From Thermoplasmata archaeon (lineage in GTDB: Archaea; Thermoplasmatota; Thermoplasmata; GCA-020350865), in contig CP070751.1 of the NCBI GenBank assembly GCA_020348445.1, forward strand, positions 96,001 through 160,000: DNA of 64,000 nt, read 5' to 3'. The number at the start of each line of letters is the position of its first letter. Position 1 is the stretch's first letter. The notes beneath the pieces were generated by a model, which saw nothing but the letters and a program-made list of their open reading frames with translations, had not been told where the DNA came from and did no database searches. Shown piece after piece: positions 50,844 to 58,767 of this stretch. The position numbers and the translations under genes are program-made.

Positions 50844-51845
50844 TCAATTTCTTAAACTCGATATATCCTCTGCAGTTATGATCCCTTTTTCAGTGATATA
50901 GCCAGTTACATATTTTTTGGGTGTGACATCAAAGGCAGGATTTCTGGCCCTTGTTTGGTCAGGAGCGATGTTCCTTTGGCCGATTATCAACACTTCTTCT
51001 TGTCCTCTTTCTTCTATTGGGATATCCTTTCCGTTTTCTAAAGAAAAGTCGAAAGTTGTGATGGGGGCTGCAACATAGAAAGGGATGTTGTTCTCGTGTG
51101 CCAAAACCGCTTTCTCATACGTCCCGATCTTGTTGGCGAAATCACCGTTATTTGTTATTCTATCGGCACCTACGATCACCAGGTTTATTTCACCTTTTTG
51201 CATGAAATGGCCTGCTGCATTGTCCGCGATCAAAGCATGTGGTATACCCTCGTTTTGCAGTTCCCAGGCAGTAAGTCTGGCACCCTGCAATCTCGGTCTT
51301 GTTTCATCAACGAAGACAAATATCTTTTTACCGTTTTGGTGAGCCAATCTTATGGGTGATAAGGCGGTTCCAAAATCCACTGTGGCCAGAGCCCCGGCAT
51401 TGCAGTGTGTAAGAATTTTATTTTCATTTTTAATCAATTTTTCGCCGTGCTCGCCGATTTTTTGGCACTTATTGAGAATCGAATTAACGTACTCCTCTGC
51501 CGAATTTTTTAATTTTGCTCCCTTGCTTATCTCACCCAACATATAATCCACAGCTGTAAAAAGATCCTGGGCCGTGGGTCTTGTGGCCTTCAGTTGTGAT
51601 GCAGCCTCATTTAAATCCATCTCAAGCAAACTGGCCTGTGCCATGCCGTATGCAGCTGCGGCTCCTATTGCAGGTGCGCCCCTTACCACCATGTCCTTGA
51701 TTGCGTATGCCACATCCTCAAGGGCCTGCGCCAAGAAGAATTCGAGCTTGAGGGGGAGCTGTCGCTGGTCAATAAACATGATTTTGGTTTCCTCCATCCA
51801 GACGGAGCGCATGTCCTTGGTTTCACCATTAATGTTTACCTTCAT
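50844..51845 (-). CDS. mtnA: S-methyl-5-thioribose-1-phosphate isomerase
   Basis: MVVRGAPAIG, RPTA, LTHCNAGALAT, DETRPRLQGARLTAWEL, NKIGTY and NPAFDVTP. Start moved to MKVNING. Confidence 0.92.
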   Translation of the reverse strand: MKVNINGETKDMRSVWMEETKIMFIDQRQLPLKLEFFLAQALEDVAYAIKDMVVRGAPAIGAAAAYGMAQASLLEMDLNEAASQLKATRPTAQDLFTAVDYMLGEISKGAKLKNSAEEYVNSILNKCQKIGEHGEKLIKNENKILTHCNAGALATVDFGTALSPIRLAHQNGKKIFVFVDETRPRLQGARLTAWELQNEGIPHALIADNAAGHFMQKGEINLVIVGADRITNNGDFANKIGTYEKAVLAHENNIPFYVAAPITTFDFSLENGKDIPIEERGQEEVLIIGQRNIAPDQTRARNPAFDVTPKKYVTGYITEKGIITAEDISSLRN

Positions 51846-51994
51846 GGGGCCACCGAATGCCGCAATCTCTAGTGTAAACAATGTTTCCAGTTTTAAGTGT
51901 TATGATATTGGGGAGTTTAGCAAATAACCAGGATTCCCAAAAAATAGATATACTATACTTTTCTTCTAATGCGTGAAAGTAATGGGGGACATAT

Positions 51995-52744
51995 ATGACT
52001 GAGATAAAAGATAAAATCGCGTTAATCACTGGTTCTTCAAGGGGTATAGGTAGAGCAACCGCTTTAGAACTTGCAAGGGAAAAGGCCAAAGTCGTGGTAA
52101 ATTATGTGAAAAACAAAGAAAAGGCCGAGGAAGTTGTTTCTTTAATCAAAAATGAAGGCGGGGAAGCCATTGCAGTTTACGCAGATGTCTCAAACCCCCA
52201 AGATGTGGAAAATATGAAGGCCACCATAGGCCAGCTGATGGGAGAGGTGAACATACTCGTTAACAATGCTGGGATTCACCAGCATCTCAAAAGCTGGGAG
52301 CTTTCATCAGATGACTGGAACAGGGTAATAGGAGTCAATCTCACAGGGGTTTTCAACTGCTCAAAGACCTTTTCAAAGGACATGATCTCAAGGAAATGGG
52401 GCAGAATCGTGAACATCTCCTCCATCATAGCAGATATCGGGACAGACCATGAAGTCCATTACGCTGCCTCAAAGGGAGGGGTACTCTCAGCTACCAAATC
52501 CCTTGCACTGGAATTGGCACCTTACAACATCACAGTGAATGCTGTCTCCCCTGGCTATATAAAAACTGACATGACCAAGTTCTCCAGTGAGGAAGAAAAA
52601 CTATACTATCTCGGGAAGATACCATTAAAAAGACTTGGGCATCCATCCGAGATCGCGGATTCTGTGGTGTTCCTGTGCTCAGATAAGGCCTCTTATATAA
52701 CAGGGCAGGTTTTGCATGTGAACGGGGGATTGGCGTTCCCTTAA
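51995..52744 (+). CDS. Short-chain dehydrogenase/reductase (FabG-like)
   Basis: TGSSRGIG, NNAG, YAASK and VNAVSPG motifs. The substrate cannot be determined. Confidence 0.9.
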   Translation: MTEIKDKIALITGSSRGIGRATALELAREKAKVVVNYVKNKEKAEEVVSLIKNEGGEAIAVYADVSNPQDVENMKATIGQLMGEVNILVNNAGIHQHLKSWELSSDDWNRVIGVNLTGVFNCSKTFSKDMISRKWGRIVNISSIIADIGTDHEVHYAASKGGVLSATKSLALELAPYNITVNAVSPGYIKTDMTKFSSEEEKLYYLGKIPLKRLGHPSEIADSVVFLCSDKASYITGQVLHVNGGLAFP

Positions 52745-52884
52745 TTGCTATTTCGAGAGGGGGAGATGGACTAATGGGGGAAAAATACCAAAAAATACTT
52801 AAGAACCAAGACTATTGTATCTTGAAAGAAATATGCAGTTCAAAGGTAAAAATTAGACTATAAAATAACAAGGGGGAGTAGGGT

Positions 52885-53598
52885 TTGGTATCTATAGAAA
52901 TCATGGAAAATATCGACCTGGAAGAGGGAAAGATCCGAATAAAGGGGAAGTGGTTAACGGAGGACGAGATCAGATATGCTATTAAGATGAAGGTCTCCTC
53001 TGATGACTACAATGTCGCCGATTTGGCAGTAGCCTTACAAACTCTAATAACCGAGATGAACAAAAGCACTGTTCTAAAGGTGAGAGTGCCAAAGACATTG
53101 GCCGAGGAATTCGAGAATATCGGCAAAGAAAGGGATGAGACGGTAGAGACGGTGCTTAGAAACATACTCATGGATTATATCAGCGGAGAGGGGGAAGAAT
53201 CCGAGAACCCCTATGAGGAGGAAGAAACAGAAGTCTACGAAGAGGTTGAAGTTGAACCATCCAGTGAGATAGTCCGGGGTGTTGTCGTTGATGAGGTGGT
53301 TGAGAGCGAGCCAGAAGAATACATATCTGATGATAGGGACGAGGAAATCGAAATCGGAATCGATGAAGATGAAAGGGACGAGGAGCTTTTACATTTAGAG
53401 AATACGGATGAAGATACCGAATTAGAGGATATCGATATAGAAGAGGATTTGGGGGTTGAAGATCTCCCAGAGTTCCAATCTACTCAAAATAAGGCAAAAG
53501 AGAAAATGGATGAGGTAGTTGGAAGTCAAAAGAAAAAGAAAGCAGCCAAGAAAAAAACCATTATCAGAAGAAAAAAACTGAGACAAAAAATACGCTGA
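52885..53598 (+). CDS. Hypothetical protein: folded N-terminal half with a possible ribbon-helix-helix segment, highly acidic middle, basic C-terminus
   Basis: ORF track; GGGGGAG RBS; composition bias seen directly. Start is either TTG 52885 or ATG 52903. Confidence 0.7.
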   Translation: MVSIEIMENIDLEEGKIRIKGKWLTEDEIRYAIKMKVSSDDYNVADLAVALQTLITEMNKSTVLKVRVPKTLAEEFENIGKERDETVETVLRNILMDYISGEGEESENPYEEEETEVYEEVEVEPSSEIVRGVVVDEVVESEPEEYISDDRDEEIEIGIDEDERDEELLHLENTDEDTELEDIDIEEDLGVEDLPEFQSTQNKAKEKMDEVVGSQKKKKAAKKKTIIRRKKLRQKIR

Positions 53599-53612
53599 TG
53601 CTCTAGAATCTA

Positions 53613-54113
53613 TTGGTTGATATTATGCCCATCCGCCTGAAGAAAAGGCACAGGCTCAGAAAAAAAGAAATTAAAGCAATATCTGAGCATTTTGTCTCGA
53701 TTTTTTTAAAACCGTGCATATCAGTATACGAAACCGTGGATAGGGCTGATGTTGGGAAATTCGATGTGATTCTAGTAAATGGTGAAATCCTGGGTATGGT
53801 CCTAAACGACATGCCTTTTTTAACGGTGAAAGGGCTTTTAAAGTACCATCCTGAAAAACTTTATGTAACTGTGGACATGGGCGCCGTTAAATTCGTTTAC
53901 AACGGAGCTGATGTAATGGCACCAGGCATCGTGGATGCGGATTCTGGCATCTCATCTGGCGATCTTGTATGGATAAGGGATGAAAAAAATTTAAAGCCCC
54001 TAGCTGTAGGCAAAGCATTGATGGATGGTTCTGAAATGATTCATTCAAACAAAGGTAAAGCTGTCATATCCATCCACCATGTGGGTGACGACATATGGAA
54101 CCATGAAACCTGA
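53613..54113 (+). CDS. PUA-domain RNA-binding protein (MCT-1/Tma20-like)
   Basis: RHRLRKKE, PFLTVKGLL, VTVDMGAVKFVYNGADVMAPGIV and IHHVGDDIW. Confidence 0.9.
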   Translation: MVDIMPIRLKKRHRLRKKEIKAISEHFVSIFLKPCISVYETVDRADVGKFDVILVNGEILGMVLNDMPFLTVKGLLKYHPEKLYVTVDMGAVKFVYNGADVMAPGIVDADSGISSGDLVWIRDEKNLKPLAVGKALMDGSEMIHSNKGKAVISIHHVGDDIWNHET

Positions 54114-54190
54114 ATCTTGCATTTTTTAACCTGGGTACATTAATCATAATGATAATAAAAAAAATTGGGGATGTTCGATGCTGATTGTTA

Positions 54191-54577
54191 TTAATACGGT
54201 CCCTTGATCTTTGCCCTATCGATTTTCACTCCCTCAGGCGTAACGATAAGAAGATTCTTACTTACACCTGCAAGATCTCCCCCTACATCCCGTGAGACAG
54301 CCTTCAGTTCATTGGTTATCCGCCTTAGTGCAAGGTTATCTTTGGCTATGGGAGTAAAATCCAAAAGTAGGATGTTACCGCCGTAAACATACGATGTAAG
54401 GTCACCCAAATCTTCATATCTATGTAATTCCGCGACTTTCACGTTCATTTTTGCGGGGAAAGCTCCAATATCCTCCCCTTCCATGTACAATTCACCTAGG
54501 TCTATATACTTCTCAGGTTCACCTGGTGGTGCCTCGCTTTTAAACTTTTTAAATGGTCTCTTTACCACGTACAACAC
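54191..54577 (-). CDS. sepF: Cell division protein SepF (archaeal)
   Basis: YIDLG...VKVAEL...DL......Y.GNILLLDF....RRITNEL......GGDLAG....LIVTPEGVKIDR pattern. Confidence 0.85.
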   Translation of the reverse strand: MLYVVKRPFKKFKSEAPPGEPEKYIDLGELYMEGEDIGAFPAKMNVKVAELHRYEDLGDLTSYVYGGNILLLDFTPIAKDNLALRRITNELKAVSRDVGGDLAGVSKNLLIVTPEGVKIDRAKIKGPY

Positions 54578-54799
54578 CTCTTCTTGCTCTCTGTATCGGT
54601 AACCATTTATATAAATATAAGCTTTTTTGATGGTTCTTTGGGAAACTGAACTACATGAAAATTACAAATTAAGATATTTGTATTGTCCCAAATAAATACC
54701 TATTAAACACCAAGTTATCACCCTCAGAATAAATAAAATAAGGTCATTAAATGTAGGAAAGGTTTATAATCGATGTTACAAATAATGGTCCTCGGTTGA

Positions 54800-55018
54800 A
54801 TGGCAGAAGAGAATCTAAGGGAGCTAGATATGAGAGTATATCAGTACATAAAGCTCAACGATTTCGAGACTAACAAATGGTCCACATCTGAGGCAGCTAA
54901 ATCTTTGGGTGTTGACGAGAGTGAGATATACGAATCGCTGGCCAATTTATCGAAGCACATGAAGGACAAGGTTTGGATATATTATAAGGACGGTGGGTTG
55001 AGGATCGCGGCGGAGTGA
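54800..55018 (+). CDS. Small winged-helix-like protein (72 aa)
   Basis: ORF track; WSTSEAAKSLGVDESEIYESLANL is HTH-like. It ends 6 nt before tRNA-iMet. Confidence 0.7.
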   Translation: MAEENLRELDMRVYQYIKLNDFETNKWSTSEAAKSLGVDESEIYESLANLSKHMKDKVWIYYKDGGLRIAAE

Positions 55019-55024
55019 TCTTGT

Positions 55025-55152
55025 AGCGGGGTGGGGTAGCCAGGAAATCCCGAGGCATCTACCATAACCTCTTCGTATCATGCCTTGAGGCCTGATATCC
55101 CGACGGGCTCATAACCCGTAGATCGATAGTTCAAATCTATCCCCCGCTACCA
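55025..55152 (+). tRNA. tRNA-iMet (CAT) with a 50-nt intron in the D-loop (55047-55096) and encoded CCA
   Basis: A1-U72 acceptor AGCGGGG/CCCCGCT; anticodon stem ACGGG/CCCGT with three G-C pairs; loop CTCATAA; T arm GATAG-TTCAAAT-CTATC; CCA end. Removing 55047-55096 gives a normal 78-nt archaeal initiator tRNA. Confidence 0.93.
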
Positions 55153-55271
55153 ATTATTTATTTCTTATAATCATCCTGTTTCTAATGAAATGTTGTTGGA
55201 AGACAAAATAATTTCTTAAACTTTGAAGGGATGAAAGGCAATTTTAAATCACCCATATTCTCCTTTCATCC

Positions 55272-55329
55272 GAGTGCGAAGTTATAATTAGACGTCGAAT
55301 GGTTCTTAAGCTTCGCACTCCCCCGCTAC
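55272..55329 (+). repeat. tRNA-linked hairpin unit U1
   Basis: GAGTGCGAAG-TTATAATT-N13-TTCTTAAG-CTTCGCACTC followed by CCCCGCTAC (the tRNA-iMet 3' end). Confidence 0.85.
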
Positions 55330-55364
55330 TATAATCATTATATAATTAGAATCGCAGCGTGTCA

Positions 55365-55418
55365 GTCGATGTTAAGTTGGTACGTTAGTTGATTCTTAAG
55401 CATCGACATCCCCCGCTA
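55365..55418 (+). repeat. tRNA-linked hairpin unit U2
   Basis: GTCGATG-TTAAGTTG-N13-TTCTTAAG-CATCGAC, then ATCCCCCGCTA (the tRNA-iMet 3' end). Confidence 0.85.
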
Positions 55419-55429
55419 TCTTCAATAAT

Positions 55430-55467
55430 TTCTTAAGATTCACGATCCTCCTCTACTATAATCATTA
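55430..55467 (+). repeat. Degenerate half unit
   Basis: TTCTTAAG-N10-CTCCTCTA-CTATAATCATTA, with the same spacing and 3' flank as U1. Confidence 0.65.
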
Positions 55468-55857
55468 AAACTGATTGGTATCAAGATTTAATGATTCGTC
55501 ATCTGGGTCGATTCTGTGAAGTACGTTTTTCCATACAATTTCAGATACGATCTCTGGTTTCAAATTTCCACTGGCCCAGCGCTCAATATCTTCTAAAGGA
55601 GGCTTGTACCCATAATATTTCTCTGCAACGTGAATCAGATCATTGAGCATTTGGTTCACAAAAAACTCACTGGTAATCACGATTTCGCATTCTGAAAGCA
55701 TCTCAATGGGCGGTTTTCCCTTTTCCCGGGGGACGGAAGTTGCCAAACTCTCAAATAAAAATCTAATCCTGCCTTTTTCAAAGGTGCTGACCTTAACAGC
55801 CGAAGGATATATTACCCTAAAGATAGGACTTCTTTTTGTATCCAATTTTATCTCCAT
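55465..55857 (-). CDS. Hypothetical protein (130 aa)
   Basis: ORF track; GGTGA RBS upstream; no recognised motif. Confidence 0.7.
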   Translation of the reverse strand: MEIKLDTKRSPIFRVIYPSAVKVSTFEKGRIRFLFESLATSVPREKGKPPIEMLSECEIVITSEFFVNQMLNDLIHVAEKYYGYKPPLEDIERWASGNLKPEIVSEIVWKNVLHRIDPDDESLNLDTNQF

Positions 55858-55900
55858 TAAATCACCTACTCCACATTCTTTTATCGCTTTATGTATGTTT

Positions 55901-56104
55901 CTATCTTGGTCTATACTTCTCCATCCTATTAAGTAATATTCTAAGATCGGTTTTTAAGGGTGTGTCTGATTTGGCCATCAAATCATTTACAGCCACAACC
56001 AATCCTTCTATACTATTTTCCTTATGCCCATCCAGGAATTCCTTGATCGTCTTCGGATCGGAAAGATAGGGTAAAACCTCTTCATACAAATCATCTACGT
56101 TCAT
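55901..56104 (-). CDS. Hypothetical small helical protein
   Basis: ORF track; ATG at 56104 (MNVDDLYEEV) with plausible composition. Confidence 0.6.
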   Translation of the reverse strand: MNVDDLYEEVLPYLSDPKTIKEFLDGHKENSIEGLVVAVNDLMAKSDTPLKTDLRILLNRMEKYRPR

Positions 56105-56149
56105 GACACCCACAACCAACCCGATTTACCTTGCCAGACTTCCTTTAAA

Positions 56150-57577
56150 TCAACTCCCATAGAATGCATTATATCCCTGGTGAGTTGCATACAAATCGGC
56201 CTTGCTCGCGATCTCAAATGGGGCATGGAGGCTGAGCACGGCAGGACCGCAGTCCACTACCTCCATGTTGTGCTCTGCCAGGAATTTCGCGATGGTTCCA
56301 CCACCACCCTCGTCTACCTTTCCCAGCTCTCCGGTTTGCCACGGAACCTTTTTCTTGTTGAAAAGGCGCCTTATCTCGCTGATATATTCTGCGTTGGCAT
56401 CGTTTGACATGTATTTCCCTCCAGAACCAGTGAATTTCGTAATAACAAGGCCATAGCCAACTTTGGGCGCGTTTTTGATCTCATGGACATCCTTGTAATT
56501 GGGATTCACACCCCCGGTAACATCTGAGGACAGGGCTTTGGATTTGGACAGGGCCTTTCTAAGCATACTGTATCTATAATCGGGATCTTTCAATTCCATG
56601 AGTTCACCGATTAGGGTTTCCAAAAATCGGGAACGAACAGCGGTATTGCCTTCGCTTCCTATCTCCTCCTTGTCAAAGAAAAGAGCTATTGCTGTCCTCT
56701 TCGGCTTCTTTTGTGCAGCTATTGCGGTCATGGAAGCATAGGCACAGATTCGGTCATCCTGGCCATAAGCTCCGATCATGCTTTCATCGAAGCCGATATC
56801 TCTGGGTCTTCCTGCTGGTACGATTTCCAACTCTGCGGTTGTGAAATCCTCTTCAACGATTCCGTATTTCTTGTTAAGATGATCAAGCACCCACAATTTG
56901 ATCTTCGATTTTGCTTTATCATCCTTTACAGGAACGCTTCCTACGAGCACGTTCAGTTCCTCTCCTTTTATCCCTTCCGACAGTCTTCTTTTGGCCTGTT
57001 TCCCTCGATAAAGATGCGGTTCCAAGTCTGTTATTGTAAAGGCTGGTTCATCTGGATCTTCACCGATTATTATATCCACTGCCTTGCCATTCCCCTTTAC
57101 AATATGACCGTGCACAGCCAAAGGCTGATTGACCCATTGATATTTTTTTATGCCGCCGTAGTAATGGGTTTTAAATAAAGCCAGCTTCGTGTCATCATCC
57201 TCATATAGAGGATTCTGTTTAAGGTCCAGGCGAGGTGCGTCGATATGAGAGGCTATGATGTTAATGCCGTCTTCTATGGGCTCGGAACCCAAAACAATTA
57301 ACGCGATGTTCTTGTTGCGGTTGGTGATGTAGATCTTGGTTCTTGGTTTGGAGCCTTTGATCTCATCAATGCTCTTAAAACCGTTTTTTTCGGCGAATTT
57401 TATGATCTCTGCCACGGCCTCCCTTTCGGTTTTAGCCTTGGCAAGAAAATCCTTATAGCCTTTTGAAAACTCGAAAACTGTTTTCTTCTCCTTCTGGCTG
57501 AGTTTGTCCCACACCAGCTCATGTTTTCTGGTCAGCTTCTCCTCTAACTTGGATTTTTTATCGTTCTTTTTAGCCAT
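56150..57577 (-). CDS. M18-family aminopeptidase (aspartyl aminopeptidase-like)
   Basis: SHIDAPRLDLK, YYGGIKKYQW, QDDRICAY, DKEEIGS, SSDV and LHAPFE metal-ligand motifs. Start moved to MAKKND. Confidence 0.93.
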   Translation of the reverse strand: MAKKNDKKSKLEEKLTRKHELVWDKLSQKEKKTVFEFSKGYKDFLAKAKTEREAVAEIIKFAEKNGFKSIDEIKGSKPRTKIYITNRNKNIALIVLGSEPIEDGINIIASHIDAPRLDLKQNPLYEDDDTKLALFKTHYYGGIKKYQWVNQPLAVHGHIVKGNGKAVDIIIGEDPDEPAFTITDLEPHLYRGKQAKRRLSEGIKGEELNVLVGSVPVKDDKAKSKIKLWVLDHLNKKYGIVEEDFTTAELEIVPAGRPRDIGFDESMIGAYGQDDRICAYASMTAIAAQKKPKRTAIALFFDKEEIGSEGNTAVRSRFLETLIGELMELKDPDYRYSMLRKALSKSKALSSDVTGGVNPNYKDVHEIKNAPKVGYGLVITKFTGSGGKYMSNDANAEYISEIRRLFNKKKVPWQTGELGKVDEGGGGTIAKFLAEHNMEVVDCGPAVLSLHAPFEIASKADLYATHQGYNAFYGS

Positions 57578-57715
57578 TTTTGCCCCCCTTGGTGCTAAGG
57601 GCAAAAGTTGTTGGATATTAAGTAATTTTCTATATTGTTATCCAGAAAGATGGTGAGGACTTGCCAAGTACAAATCTTTAAAAAAGCGGATAGCAATTAC
57701 CTTTGGGGTTTTAAA

Positions 57716-57898
57716 ATGAAAAAGATTGCATTGGGTGAAACGTTGCCCATTGAGATTACCGAGGTTACGGAGGTTGAGGGAAAAGATAAGTTCAAGGTCG
57801 TATTCCAAGATGATGATGGTTTTGAGGGGACTCTTTATCTCGATGTGGAACTCCCTATAGGTGCGGCCGAGCTTAAGATCGTCCATAAGGAAGAGTGA
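57716..57898 (+). CDS. Small hypothetical protein (60 aa)
   Basis: ATG at 57716 within the tracked ORF; beta-rich, protein-like composition. Confidence 0.55.
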   Translation: MKKIALGETLPIEITEVTEVEGKDKFKVVFQDDDGFEGTLYLDVELPIGAAELKIVHKEE

Positions 57899-57962
57899 TT
57901 CAAGGAAAGGGTGGTGAAAAGAAAGATTTAAAAGTCCCTATGGCTATAATAAGGTGATAAAT

Positions 57963-58130
57963 ATGGCTGATAGCGAATTCACAGGTAAGATCTTGATTAA
58001 CGATGGTAAAAAGACGGTGACTGTCAATATAACTGGAAAATCAGAGGAAGAGCTTTACGAAATCTTCACATTCATGAGAAAGATGAAAAAAGATCCAGGA
58101 AACTACTCGATAAATCTTAAAATCGATTGA
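57963..58130 (+). CDS. Small hypothetical protein (55 aa, below the ORF-track cutoff)
   Basis: MADSEFTGKILINDGKK...SINLKID*, preceded by a GGTGA RBS (AAGGTGATAAAT-ATG). Confidence 0.6.
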   Translation: MADSEFTGKILINDGKKTVTVNITGKSEEELYEIFTFMRKMKKDPGNYSINLKID

Positions 58131-58341
58131 TATCAGAGCTTGTTTAAAGCTCACACTGTTTTGAAAAGTTTTATCTATCATATTAGATATCATGCTGGAT
58201 ACGAAACTTGTTTGATTCATATAGAGTCGCACATTTGCTATGTAGCAATGTGTGATAATCGCAAATGTGTCCTACCGTGGCAGGCAAGCTGCCACTTAGT
58301 CGCATAATTGCTATGCGATAATATGATATAATCGCAATTAT

Positions 58342-58436
58342 GCTCCCGTAGTGTAGCCCGGCCAATCATTTTGGCCTCTCGCGGTCTTTTCGGCTGGAGA
58401 AAGCCAAGGACACGGGTTCAAATCCCGTCGGGAGCA
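58342..58436 (+). tRNA. tRNA-Glu (CTC) with a canonical 20-nt intron at 37/38 (58382-58401); CCA not encoded
   Basis: Acceptor GCTCCCG/CGGGAGC; anticodon stem TTGGC/GCCAA; T arm ACGGG-TTCAAAT-CCCGT; strict BHB with central helix CTCT/GGAG and bulges CGC and AAA. Confidence 0.95.
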
Positions 58437-58461
58437 CTTATATTTAATTTTGATTTGATAC

Positions 58462-58534
58462 GTGCTCCCGTCTCGTGTTTGAGTTATAATTTCATAATGC
58501 TGAGTTCTTAAGCTCAAACACCCGTCGGGAGCAC
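58462..58534 (+). repeat. tRNA-linked hairpin unit U3
   Basis: GTGCTCCCG-TCTC-GTGTTTGAG-TTATAATT-N13-TTCTTAAG-CTCAAACAC-CCGT-CGGGAGCAC; the right arm contains the tRNA-Glu 3' end. Confidence 0.88.
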
Positions 58535-58735
58535 CCTATATTATGTAATTTTCGAGCGGGCGTAGGGGAGGTTTCTTTTTAACCCATTTTTTTCTTTGCC
58601 GACCCGAAGCCATCGTGGTGGACAGGAATTAAATTTAAGAGATACCTGTCCTCCACTAGGTAGTGGAAAACATTTATAATATCAAGGGGAATGTTTCCAC
58701 AACAGCGAAGAAAATTACCTCAAAGAAAAAAACGG

Positions 58736-58767
58736 AGCTCAAACACCCGTCGGAAGCACTTATATTT
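58736..58767 (+). repeat. Third copy of the tRNA-Glu 3' end (attR-like direct repeat)
   Basis: 58746-58767 matches 58424-58445 at 21/22 nt, including the non-tRNA flank CTTATATTT. 58736-58759 matches the U3 right arm at 23/24 nt. Confidence 0.85.

Noticed and set aside
50844-51845. Alternative call as ribose-1,5-bisphosphate isomerase or an eIF2B subunit
   Set aside because: THCNAGALAT and DETRPRLQGARLTAWEL fit MtnA better.
55047-55096. tRNA-iMet intron considered as a C/D-box guide RNA
   Set aside because: CTGA (D-box-like) is present at the 3' end, but no RUGAUGA C box was found.
55152-55467. Repeats after tRNA-iMet considered as a CRISPR array
   Set aside because: The units are few, imperfect and palindromic with embedded tRNA ends. 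There is no constant repeat with unique spacers and no cas gene in the window.
58041-58365. Minus-strand ORFs of 60-63 aa near tRNA-Glu
   Set aside because: They overlap a better-supported plus-strand small gene or the tRNA itself, and have no RBS.
55272-58534. Hairpin units considered as canonical integron attC sites or an archaeal dif site
   Set aside because: The RYYYAAC/GTTRRRY boxes are missing, the extra base is at a different position, and no integrase is present. A dif site would be a single 28-bp site without long variable stems. Kept only as an analogy.
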